Source: Silvanigrellaceae bacterium (GTDB lineage: Bacteria; Bdellovibrionota_B; Oligoflexia; Silvanigrellales; Silvanigrellaceae). From it: DNA of 21,028 nucleotides. Location of the stretch: positions 1-21,028 of the forward strand of contig JBMSQQ010000061.1 of assembly GCA_049423385.1 (NCBI GenBank). Direction: 5' to 3'. The notes under the pieces are model-generated. The model was given only the letters and a program-made list of their open reading frames with translations. It was not told the DNA's origin and did not search any database. Every line of letters begins with the position of its first letter. Position 1 is the first letter of the stretch. Positions 1 to 8,357 of this stretch are shown piece by piece. Made by a program: the position numbers and the translations under genes.

Positions 1-465
1 GACTATTCCCAGAGCGCGGATCTTCATTTGCGCGGCGAGTGGGGAGTCTGGGAGTTTGCAAAGAACGAACTCGCAAGCACCGTCAGTGCTCCGAGCAAAA
101 CGAGGCAATTGAATGTCTTGCCATTGGGACTTGCTGTGGATGCCAGGTTGTTGCCATTGTCTGTAATTGGAGTCGGATCCCGAAACTCGGTGGGTGCAAA
201 TGCACGGGTCGATGCTGATTTGGTGCTTGGTAAACTCTACTACTCCAATGACACCGAACTTTTGCCGCCGAAATCGATTGGCGATTCCGACAAGGGAAAA
301 ATGTACAGTCTTCGATTGGGTCTATCTTTCGAAAAGACGGACTGGGAATCGCAGATTTTTCTTGATTATTCGACCATGAAATTTTCACGCACGACAAATT
401 CCAACACCCTTTCGAACTCTATTGTTCAATGGGGAGTCGGCCTGCGGGCTGGTATTGAGATTTAG
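1..465 (+). CDS. C-terminal part of a probable outer-membrane beta-barrel protein (5' end lies outside the window)
   Basis: Frame is open from base 1 (GAC TAT TCC CAG...), so the ORF-track TTG start at 28 is internal. Alternating hydrophobic/polar strands (YSLRLGLSF, WESQIFLDYS, VQWGVGLRAGIEI), with an amphipathic strand at the extreme C-terminus as in OM barrels. Confidence 0.6.
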   Translation, partial: DYSQSADLHLRGEWGVWEFAKNELASTVSAPSKTRQLNVLPLGLAVDARLLPLSVIGVGSRNSVGANARVDADLVLGKLYYSNDTELLPPKSIGDSDKGKMYSLRLGLSFEKTDWESQIFLDYSTMKFSRTTNSNTLSNSIVQWGVGLRAGIEI

Positions 466-496
466 TCAATACATACATGTTCTTAGATTAAACTTT

Positions 497-523
497 TGAA
501 TCATTCCCTGTTCCAGCCGATCC
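497..523 (+). promoter_or_regulatory. Candidate sigma-28 (FliA)-type promoter for the vWA lipoprotein gene
   Basis: TGAA(497-500)-N15-GCCGATCC(516-523) compared with consensus TAAA-N15-GCCGATAA. It lies 30 nt upstream of ATG 554, with an RBS-like GAGGGG at 541-546. Confidence 0.4.
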
Positions 524-553
524 CGTTTTGAGTTGAGCGAGAGGGGTTGAATC

Positions 554-1822
554 ATGGGAAATATCCATCGGTGTCACCTTGTTGGTTCGGTTTTCAGTGT
601 GCTTGCGGTGATTTGCCTGGGAGGCTGTGGAGAGACAAAATCATCGTTCACCAACATTGAGAGACTGGCACCCCGCAAGGACACTGTTTCAGTTTCCTCG
701 GCGTCGGATGCGAATGCAAAAAAGCCACCAGCTGCCGACAATACCTTTGCCAATGCTGCGGAAAAGTTTGAGACCGGCGCGATGTCGTTCACGAGTCAGG
801 TCTATGATAATCCTCCAAATGACTTTGTGTTTGTGGTCGACAACTCCAAATCCATGGTGAGCCAAATCAACAAGTTTGTTGCCGGATTCGATTCCATACC
901 CGCGAACATGTATCCTGCGAACACCCGGTTAGCCGTGATGAACACGATGATCGGAAAACTGAAGACCCCTTCGGTACCGGCTGAGGCGGTTTATATCGAA
1001 AATGATCTTTCACTGACATCGGCCGAGAGGTCTTCTTTCATTGATGTGTTTGCAAGCGAACCGGGGTTTCATAAATTCATAAACTATTCAAGAGTGTCGG
1101 ATCACAAAGCCAAAGTGAGTGCGTTTCAAGCGGGCTGGAAATACGCGGAATACACGGGCAAAGACATTCCACACTTTCCGCTCGCTGTATGTGAATCCGA
1201 ATGGTTTTTGCCATCGGCGAAGAATGCGACGGGACAATCCTGCCTCAAGGCAGCAATGCAGATTTCTGGTGAACTTGGAATTGAGGCAGGTTTGACTGCA
1301 ATCATGCAGTTGGTTGCTCAAAATTCCAACTCTTCACTGTTTAGAAAAAATTCATTTGTTCATTTTGTGTTTTTGTCAGACACGCATGATCCTGGCATCG
1401 ACGATGAAGAGTTGGTAAAGGCTCGCCCGGATTTTGTGAACATTGAAGATGCTGTGCGGAAAAACTCACCTGTGGTGGCGGTCAAGTTGCACGGAGTCGT
1501 GCCCAAAAAGGCGTGCGTATCGGCAGAAGCAACCCATGACTTTTCCTATCTTCCCAGAATAGACGCATCTGGCGGTGTTGCAGTAGATTCGTGCGACAAC
1601 AGTGTCAACTACTCAGCCGTGGTGACCAAAATATTCAACGAGGGGAAAAAGCACCCTCCGTTCAAACTTGGCGTGAAGCTTGCAAAAGATGTCAAGGTGA
1701 AAGTTGATGGAAAGCCCTGGAAGGATTTCAATGTGATCAGCGGACAATCAGTGGAATTGTCCGGGCTGGATTTAACTGTGGCGCACAAGATTGATGTGGA
1801 ATTTCTCGTCCCGGGGAAATGA
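554..1822 (+). CDS. Lipoprotein with von Willebrand factor A (MIDAS) domain
   Basis: Signal peptide with lipobox (VICLGG-C26), then a low-complexity linker. MIDAS DxSxS in DFVFVVDNSKSM, a later GIEAGL helix and FVFLSDTHD (distal MIDAS Asp). Several Cys and a small C-terminal beta-rich domain. RBS GAGGGG. Confidence 0.8.
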   Translation: MGNIHRCHLVGSVFSVLAVICLGGCGETKSSFTNIERLAPRKDTVSVSSASDANAKKPPAADNTFANAAEKFETGAMSFTSQVYDNPPNDFVFVVDNSKSMVSQINKFVAGFDSIPANMYPANTRLAVMNTMIGKLKTPSVPAEAVYIENDLSLTSAERSSFIDVFASEPGFHKFINYSRVSDHKAKVSAFQAGWKYAEYTGKDIPHFPLAVCESEWFLPSAKNATGQSCLKAAMQISGELGIEAGLTAIMQLVAQNSNSSLFRKNSFVHFVFLSDTHDPGIDDEELVKARPDFVNIEDAVRKNSPVVAVKLHGVVPKKACVSAEATHDFSYLPRIDASGGVAVDSCDNSVNYSAVVTKIFNEGKKHPPFKLGVKLAKDVKVKVDGKPWKDFNVISGQSVELSGLDLTVAHKIDVEFLVPGK

Positions 1823-1848
1823 ATCTTCAAAACAGGATTGAAGATTCA
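1820..1848. terminator. Hairpin between convergent genes, possible bidirectional terminator
   Basis: Perfect 11-bp inverted repeat TGAATCTTCAA(1820-1830)/TTGAAGATTCA(1838-1848) with a 7-nt loop. The stem is AT-rich and has no clear U-tract. Confidence 0.5.
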
Positions 1849-1857
1849 AGGACTATT

Positions 1858-3672
1858 TCAACAACGCGGCCCACTGTCGTGCCACCCCGAAGCCTGTTTC
1901 TCAAATTCAGGCAAGACGTTTTCACGGGGACCGAAAGATCTGACCTTGCCGTTTTCCATCCACAACACGAAGTCACAATGAGCAAGCGTTGAAAGCCTGT
2001 GCGCAACAAGAATACGGGTCCGCTGGGAGAGCAATTGTGAAAGTGCCCATTCAAGCTTTTGTTCCGAGGCCGGGTCGATGGCACTGGTGGCTTCATCCAT
2101 CACGATGACGGGTGTGTCCTGAACGATGGCGCGCGCCAGACAAACGAGTTGTCGCTGACCAGCTGAAAAATTCGCACCCCGCTCGTGGACGTTTTGATCC
2201 AGACCACCTTCTCGCTGAAGAACGTTCTCGAGACCCAGCGTTGAAAGCACATCGACGAGTTGCGTATCGATGTCTTTGCGTATCGTCAGGTTGTCTCGCA
2301 GGGTGCCGCGGAACAGAGTGGGTTCCTGGGGAATGTATGCCAAAGTGCTGCGCAGCGAATCGAGGTCGTGACCATGGTCTGTTGAAGACAATCCACAAAT
2401 TGAAACTGATCCGGATTCCACAGCGTAGAGTGAAAACAGGGCCTGCACGAGCGAGCTCTTTCCGCTGCCCGTGCGTCCCACGATGCCCAGGCTTTTGCCC
2501 GCAGGAAGAGTAAACGTGACATCATCAAGGACAAGCGGTTTTCCTGGAAAATAGCGCATGGCCAGGTTCTTCACTTCGATTCCCTTGGCCGTTTGCGCGT
2601 TTGAATGTGTGCCAGTGGTCTCCACCGGACGACGTTTGTAATCATCCAGACGTTCTGCACCTGTGAGGGCTTCCTCGAATTGAATCACATATTCAAAATA
2701 CTGCTGTAGCGTGGTTGAAAGTAGCCAGACTTGAGTCAGCACAACCACAACATGACCGACGCTGATGACGTGATTCTGCTGGAGCAAGATTCCGGCTCCA
2801 CCGATGAAAATCAAGCTAAGTGCTGTGACCAGACTCATTTGAAAAGAAAAATGTGTGCTGGTTCGCTGTTGGTTGAGCCGTTCATGTTGAAGGTGACCCG
2901 AAAGAGTGTTGAACCGTCGTGTGAAATGTTCTTGTCGACCATAGACCTTGACGGTGCGGGCTCCTTGGGTGGTCTCGGCAAAGTGGGCAATCGCGGGACC
3001 CCGCGCTGCAGACACCTTTCGACGTGCTGTGCGGATGTTCATTCGGTTCCAGAAGTAAACCGACAAATACGAAGCCCCGACCAACACCGCAGCCGGAATT
3101 CCCCAGACTCCTGAAAGTGCAATAAAGACAAGGCAAAGAATGGCATCGAAACTGAGGCTGATGAATTCACCCATCGGCCCACCCGTCATGCGCAGAACAC
3201 TTTCAAAGTCGCTCGAAAAGCGGGTCAGGGCGCGTCCCACCGGGGTGCGGTCGAAAAAGGTCATCGGAAAGCGGGACACCCTGCGCACAACGGAGTCGTG
3301 CAGTTGGCCTGCAGCACGTGTGCCGATGCGGGCAATGGCGACGCGGAAAACGAGATTCAGCACCAGTGCGCAGGCAACCATGCCAATAATCAAGGCTGCG
3401 AATTGGGCTGAACTCCAATTCGACATGGTTCCGGGAAGGTTGCGGCATTCGGGTCCAACACATTGAGAGTCGATCCAAAGTCCAACGACACTGGCGGAAC
3501 CCACAAGGCAGGTGCGGGCCACGAGTCCCACCAAAAGTGTTGCCGCCAAAGATAACTTCCAAGGTGCATAGGCTTCGCGCAGACTCTGCCACACCTGACT
3601 TTTATACTGCCCCTGAAACTCGATTTCATTTTCCAGATACTTGCTCGTCGGGGGCAAGGACGCATTGATCAT
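1858..3672 (-). CDS. ABC exporter permease/ATP-binding half-transporter, ABCC/MRP C-terminal-half-like (604 aa)
   Basis: TMD with FFDRTPVGRALTRFSSD, Walker A GIVGRTGSGKSSL, Q-loop IPQEPTLFRGTLRDNL, degenerate signature NFSAGQRQLVCLARA, Walker B IVMDEATSAID, H-loop AHRL. Start moved to ATG 3672, which forms an ATGA overlap with the upstream stop and has RBS GAGGTGG. Confidence 0.92.
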   Translation of the reverse strand: MINASLPPTSKYLENEIEFQGQYKSQVWQSLREAYAPWKLSLAATLLVGLVARTCLVGSASVVGLWIDSQCVGPECRNLPGTMSNWSSAQFAALIIGMVACALVLNLVFRVAIARIGTRAAGQLHDSVVRRVSRFPMTFFDRTPVGRALTRFSSDFESVLRMTGGPMGEFISLSFDAILCLVFIALSGVWGIPAAVLVGASYLSVYFWNRMNIRTARRKVSAARGPAIAHFAETTQGARTVKVYGRQEHFTRRFNTLSGHLQHERLNQQRTSTHFSFQMSLVTALSLIFIGGAGILLQQNHVISVGHVVVVLTQVWLLSTTLQQYFEYVIQFEEALTGAERLDDYKRRPVETTGTHSNAQTAKGIEVKNLAMRYFPGKPLVLDDVTFTLPAGKSLGIVGRTGSGKSSLVQALFSLYAVESGSVSICGLSSTDHGHDLDSLRSTLAYIPQEPTLFRGTLRDNLTIRKDIDTQLVDVLSTLGLENVLQREGGLDQNVHERGANFSAGQRQLVCLARAIVQDTPVIVMDEATSAIDPASEQKLEWALSQLLSQRTRILVAHRLSTLAHCDFVLWMENGKVRSFGPRENVLPEFEKQASGWHDSGPRC

Positions 3673-5345
3673 TTTGCCACCTCGGTCTGCAGTCGTCCTT
3701 GATTGAGTGTCCAAACTGCATCGCAGAAAGGAAGAACCGACAAGCGATGCGAGACGAGAAGTCGGGTTTTGTTTTTCCAAAGTCCAAAAAGAAGATTTTC
3801 GACCAGCTGTTTTTCGGTTGCAACATCAACAGCGCTCAAGCAATCGTCGAGCAAGAGCACTTCACGACCCAGACCCAATGCACGTGCGAGGCTGAGCCGC
3901 TGGCGCTGGCCACCGCTCAGATTCACTCCGCGTTCGCCAATTTCGGTGTCGAGTCCTTCGTTCATCAGACTCAGGTCATGGGAAAACGCGCTCAAGTTCA
4001 ATTGGTTGAGCGTGGTAGTGTCGCGGTCGGAAGGAAGGTTGTAATTGAAGCCAACGTTGTCGCGAATATTGGCACTCATGACAAAGCCGTCCTGAGGCAC
4101 AAAACCATAAAAAGCGCGCAGTTGTGAAAGAGGCAATTCAAGCGCATTGCGCCCAAAAATTTCGTAACTTTCAAATTCGCAGGGAATCTCGCGCAGCAAT
4201 GCATGCAGCAAAAGTGTTTTACCGGAACCCACCGGGCCGACAATGGCGACACAGCTTCCGGCCGTCACCTCAAAGTCGAGGTTGTCGAGAATGACCTTGT
4301 TGTTTTGCACGACCCGCAGGCCGCGCACCTTGAGGGCGGGAGCGTCCTTTACCAGCGGTGGCAACATCGGTGAAATATCCGAGCCCGGGTTTGTCTCGCC
4401 CGGTTCGCGTTCCAGCGCCAGATAATTTTCCAGCCGCCGAACCGAAGTCATTGCGTCAAGTGTGTTGACCAAAGCCCATGGAAAACTGCGCAGCGGGCGG
4501 ACCATGAAAACTCCGCACAGCCAAAGTGCGGCCACAAGGCTGCCCGCGCTGACTTCGGGCCGCAAGGCAATGTAGGTCAGGGCAACAGCGTTGAGCATGT
4601 AAGGAGCCACCTGCATCACTCCGTTCATGGCTGAGCCGTTGCTGACCTGTCGCAGTCGGGCGTCTGTTTCGTTGCCACGTGCATTGAAGATTTTTTCTTC
4701 AAATTTTTTGCTCCAACCGAGCATGCGCACAGCGCGCATGTTCTGCAGCCATTCGTTGATGATGGCCACCCTGGCTGCGGTTGCCGCTTTTGAACGGCCA
4801 AACAGGCGAGCCTGTCGGCGTGCCATGAAAAGGCAAATGAACAAATTGGCAAAAGCGGTTGCCAGCAGCGGAGCCGGCGGAAGGTCGTCCATCCACATCA
4901 GGGCAAACGGAAAGCTGATGAGCGGAACTCCTGCGATGGCGATGAGTGGGAGTACTTCTTCAAACAACGAGACGACCGCATTGATGTCTTGTGCATAAAG
5001 ACTCACTGTTTCACCAACGGTGAACTTGAATCGTGATTCACCCCGCAGCGCCAAAGTTTGTTCGTATATTCTTTCAGCGATTTGTCGGTGGACGAGTGTG
5101 CCTTCACGGACAAAAAGCAATTTGCAGAGCGATTGCAGAACTTGGGCCAGAAAGAGTCCCAAGGCTGCGATCAAGAGCAATGGCCAGAGTTTTTGTTCAC
5201 TCGTGTTTGACTTGAGATTGTCGACAAAAGACTTTTGCGCAAACACACCCATGAGTGCTGCAGCAGTGCTCAAGATTCCGAGTGAAAACAGACCGAGCCT
5301 CTTGAGGGGGCGCTGTTTGAGAATGAACGGGAACAGGCGTGCCAT
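3669..5345 (-). CDS. ABC exporter permease/ATP-binding half-transporter, ABCC/MRP N-terminal-half-like (558 aa)
   Basis: TMD, then Walker A AIVGPVGSGKT, signature ERGVNLSGGQRQRLSLARA, degenerate Walker B LLLDDCLSAVD, H-loop SHRL. Start moved to ATG 5345 (GGAG upstream) because the ORF-track start at 5633 overlaps the divergent GH38 gene. Confidence 0.92.
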   Translation of the reverse strand: MARLFPFILKQRPLKRLGLFSLGILSTAAALMGVFAQKSFVDNLKSNTSEQKLWPLLLIAALGLFLAQVLQSLCKLLFVREGTLVHRQIAERIYEQTLALRGESRFKFTVGETVSLYAQDINAVVSLFEEVLPLIAIAGVPLISFPFALMWMDDLPPAPLLATAFANLFICLFMARRQARLFGRSKAATAARVAIINEWLQNMRAVRMLGWSKKFEEKIFNARGNETDARLRQVSNGSAMNGVMQVAPYMLNAVALTYIALRPEVSAGSLVAALWLCGVFMVRPLRSFPWALVNTLDAMTSVRRLENYLALEREPGETNPGSDISPMLPPLVKDAPALKVRGLRVVQNNKVILDNLDFEVTAGSCVAIVGPVGSGKTLLLHALLREIPCEFESYEIFGRNALELPLSQLRAFYGFVPQDGFVMSANIRDNVGFNYNLPSDRDTTTLNQLNLSAFSHDLSLMNEGLDTEIGERGVNLSGGQRQRLSLARALGLGREVLLLDDCLSAVDVATEKQLVENLLFGLWKNKTRLLVSHRLSVLPFCDAVWTLNQGRLQTEVAK

Positions 5346-5430
5346 GTTGCTGCTCCGGCATTGCTCTGGGTTGGCGGTATTCCGACTCGAAAGGTTTACT
5401 CTGAATTGGCTCTCAACCTCAAGGAGGCAT

Positions 5431-5459
5431 TTGACCGTTCGGTTCGCAAATGTTAGCAA
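5431..5459 (+). promoter_or_regulatory. Possible sigma-70 promoter for the sugar operon
   Basis: TTGACC(5431-5436)-N17-TAGCAA(5454-5459) with a TGn extension. The -10 lacks the conserved final T. Confidence 0.3.
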
Positions 5460-5528
5460 ACCCGCCTGAAAACTGTGCAAGAACCAGGCTAATCCAGCCT
5501 CCGCGCGACAACCCGGAGCATGGCAAAC

Positions 5529-8357
5529 ATGAGCAAAACAACTCTGGGAATTGTGGTGCCCCACACACACTGGGACAGGGCGTGGTATTTGCCCTTCCAG
5601 GCTTACCGATTGCGACTTGTCGAAATGATGCAACAGCTCATCGGTTGGATCGAGTCGGGTGCGTTGCCTTTGTTTGTTCTTGATGGACAGACGGTGTTGC
5701 TCGAAGATTATCTTGCCATCCGTCCGCAGGATGAGCAGCGGATTCGTTCGCTTGTTGAAACTGGCAAAATCAAGTTGGGGCCCTGGTACACAATGCCGGA
5801 TTGCTTTCTGGCCCGGCCCGAATCACTCATCCGCAATCTGCAGCGTGGTTTGCAGATGGCAGAAGAAATGGGCGGAGCGTCGCGGGTCGGATACGTGCCC
5901 GATTCCTTCGGCCATTTCGCTCAACTTCCACAAATCCTGGCCGGACTCGGAATCGACTCGTTTCTTTTTATGCGCGGAATGCCTGTCGAGCTTAGGGATA
6001 AAACCGGTGCCGTGTTTGTTTGGCAATCGCCCGATGGATCGCAAGTGCTCTCAACATTCCTGAGGGAAGGATATTTTCCTCTCGGCGCTTTGGGGCAGGA
6101 GAGTTTCCACGGCCGTTATGATGGCCTTGCGGGACGTGTCGAATTGGCACAACAGCGACTCGACGACACCCTGGCCCGGCTTGCACCCTTCCACAAGGAA
6201 CCGGTCGTGGTTTTGCCAGCCGGTGGCGATCACCTTCCAGCGCGTGATGACCTTGCGGGAATCGTGTCTGAGCTCAATGAATCCCGGCAAGACATTGAAT
6301 TGCGATTTGGCGGCTTCGAAGATTATTTGCAGCAGTTGAAGTCCGCGTTGGCTGGCAGACAGCCGGCTATCTACGCTGGCGATCTTCTTGGCCAGGCCGA
6401 CCATCCATTGCTGCGCAACGTTCTTTCTTCGCGCATTGACCTCAAGATTTTGAATCATCAAGCCCAGTCGCTGCTCAGTGGAATCGTCGAGCCATTGTTG
6501 GCTTGGTCCCGCGCGCAAAACATGCCTGTTGTGGATGCAGCACTGCTGCAGACCGCGTGGGATGCGCTTCTCAAGAATCATGCACACGATGATATTTGTG
6601 GGTGCAGTGTGGATGAAGTGCACGTGGACGACGTGCAACGCTTCCGCGAAGTAATCTCGCTTAGCGAGGAAATCATCAACCGGCAAGTGGAACACATTGT
6701 CCAGCAGCGGCTTTCTGCAAACGAAAACGGTCGTTCCGCTCGGGTGTTTTTGTTCAATCCACATCCATGGCCCGTGAATGTGAAGCGCCGGGTGCGCGTC
6801 CTGTTGCACGATGAGGGCGGAGAGTTTTCGCAGGAGTCGGAGGCTCGTGAACTCACGGCAGTCAGTGCGACCGGAAAAACCGTCGAGCTCTTGGTTTTGT
6901 CGACGCGTTGCAAGGATATCCGCAATAGATATTTGGAAACCACATGGGGCCGCAGTTACGAAGTCTTGTTGAACGTTGAAGTGCCTGCATTGGGTTTCGA
7001 GATCGTGACTGTTTCCGAAATTGAACAGCCATTCGTCGAACCGCTGCAGGCGTCGCCGCAAAAGAATGTTCCGCAAGAGTTATTGGAATCCATCCGTTTT
7101 GAACTCGATGCCGATTTGGGTGATGGCTATTCGTTTGGACCATGCCCTGAATTGGGTGTTTCAGTGGCGCGTCTTTTGAGCGCCGAGGCGGATTCAAAAG
7201 ATCCCGATGTCTTTCATTTGAGCTACGAAATCGAAGGCGCAAGTTTTATTCTGCGCGATGAGTTGGGCAAGAAGGGTTTGCAAGATTGCGTCGGCCCACG
7301 CAGCAAAACCACAATCTGCGTGATGGCAAGCCACAATCGTTCCTCGTTCAGCAACAGCGATCCTGCCGGATCCGCTGCAGATGTCGAAGACAGCGCTTGG
7401 GAACTGGCAATTTCCTACACGAACGTATTCAGCAACAGCCGATTGCGATTGGTTTTTGATCCCGGTGTCATTGCATCCGGCAATGGAGCAGGACTTGGTG
7501 AAAGCGTGAAGATATTTGCACATGGTCAAGCACAGTGGAACGAGCTTTCGACTCGTCCCCAAGCGCCTGATCTTTGGCAGGGACCTGTGGCAAAGCCCGC
7601 TTATCCCGGAGAAAAACCATATCCAGTGCACCACGCCAACGATGGCGTGGTCATCTCGGGAACGCGCAGAAGTGCATTTGTGGGTGGTGATGGTCTTCAT
7701 GAATTTGAAGTCGTCGAGACTGCATTGGCGGCCTCTTTGGTTTCGGCGCAATCAGGAGCTGCAGCAGACGAGACGAGAACCGCTAACGCTGCTCCTGCTG
7801 TGGCCGTCACGCTCCACCGCGCAGTTGGTTCGTTGTCGGTGCGCGGAGGGCTCATTCGCTCTTGCCAGGCAGGCCCCCAGCGTCCAACTCCCGATGCTCA
7901 GCTTCTGCGCTGTATCGACCACCGCGTGACTTTGGGTTTGGCGGGTTCGCACCAGCGCGCAATGCGCTTGTTGAGGCAGGGAGTGCATCCGGTGTGGAGC
8001 CAGGAATGTCCGGTGGTGCCAACAATTCTCTCTGCCAATGAAAAGACCACTGCGACGCGCCCTGCGGCGATTGCCTCCAGCATGATTGATATTGGCAGCG
8101 CGCCATTGGAGATGATGTGTTTGCGATCCTCGACGACTGCCGAAGTATTGATTCTGCGGATCGTCAATCCAGCATGCGAGCCAGTCGATGCAGTATTTAA
8201 TTTGGGAGATGCATTCGTTGGCTATGCCCGAGCCACACGCACACAGATCGACGAACAAACGGTCTTGCCTTCGGGTCTGCAATCCATCGCCGAAAATAAA
8301 TTCAAATCACGTTTCAAACCCTTTGAAATTCAGACCTGGAAACTTGAAAAATGTTGA
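5529..8357 (+). CDS. Glycoside hydrolase family 38 alpha-mannosidase (mannosylglycerate hydrolase MngB-like subgroup)
   Basis: Zn-binding PHTHWDRAWY, LDGQT, GPWYTMPD, nucleophile motif GYVPDSFGH, middle-domain NHAHDDICGCSVDEV, C-terminal FKPFEIQTW. No signal peptide. GGAG at 5515-5518 favours ATG 5529 over ATG 5520. Confidence 0.92.
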   Translation: MSKTTLGIVVPHTHWDRAWYLPFQAYRLRLVEMMQQLIGWIESGALPLFVLDGQTVLLEDYLAIRPQDEQRIRSLVETGKIKLGPWYTMPDCFLARPESLIRNLQRGLQMAEEMGGASRVGYVPDSFGHFAQLPQILAGLGIDSFLFMRGMPVELRDKTGAVFVWQSPDGSQVLSTFLREGYFPLGALGQESFHGRYDGLAGRVELAQQRLDDTLARLAPFHKEPVVVLPAGGDHLPARDDLAGIVSELNESRQDIELRFGGFEDYLQQLKSALAGRQPAIYAGDLLGQADHPLLRNVLSSRIDLKILNHQAQSLLSGIVEPLLAWSRAQNMPVVDAALLQTAWDALLKNHAHDDICGCSVDEVHVDDVQRFREVISLSEEIINRQVEHIVQQRLSANENGRSARVFLFNPHPWPVNVKRRVRVLLHDEGGEFSQESEARELTAVSATGKTVELLVLSTRCKDIRNRYLETTWGRSYEVLLNVEVPALGFEIVTVSEIEQPFVEPLQASPQKNVPQELLESIRFELDADLGDGYSFGPCPELGVSVARLLSAEADSKDPDVFHLSYEIEGASFILRDELGKKGLQDCVGPRSKTTICVMASHNRSSFSNSDPAGSAADVEDSAWELAISYTNVFSNSRLRLVFDPGVIASGNGAGLGESVKIFAHGQAQWNELSTRPQAPDLWQGPVAKPAYPGEKPYPVHHANDGVVISGTRRSAFVGGDGLHEFEVVETALAASLVSAQSGAAADETRTANAAPAVAVTLHRAVGSLSVRGGLIRSCQAGPQRPTPDAQLLRCIDHRVTLGLAGSHQRAMRLLRQGVHPVWSQECPVVPTILSANEKTTATRPAAIASSMIDIGSAPLEMMCLRSSTTAEVLILRIVNPACEPVDAVFNLGDAFVGYARATRTQIDEQTVLPSGLQSIAENKFKSRFKPFEIQTWKLEKC

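Noticed and set aside
3673..3780. 36-aa N-terminal extension of the second ABC subunit, or a frameshifted single ABCC pseudogene
   Set aside because: ATG 3672 has a good RBS (GAGGTGG) and a standard ATGA overlap, and both halves are complete, which fits two genuine genes.
5346..5633. 96-aa N-terminal extension of the first ABC subunit in the ORF track
   Set aside because: It would overlap the divergent GH38 start and promoter region. ATG 5345 has a GGAG RBS and gives a normal half-transporter length.
6051..7076. 341-aa antisense ORF inside GH38, and similar ORFs at 14787-15617, 18818-19522 and 16211-16837
   Set aside because: Shadow ORFs opposite supported genes, with no motifs of their own.
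5529..8357. Assigning the symbol mngB
   Set aside because: The motifs fit the MngB-like GH38 subgroup, but there is no PTS mngA or mngR, so substrate and orthology are unproven.
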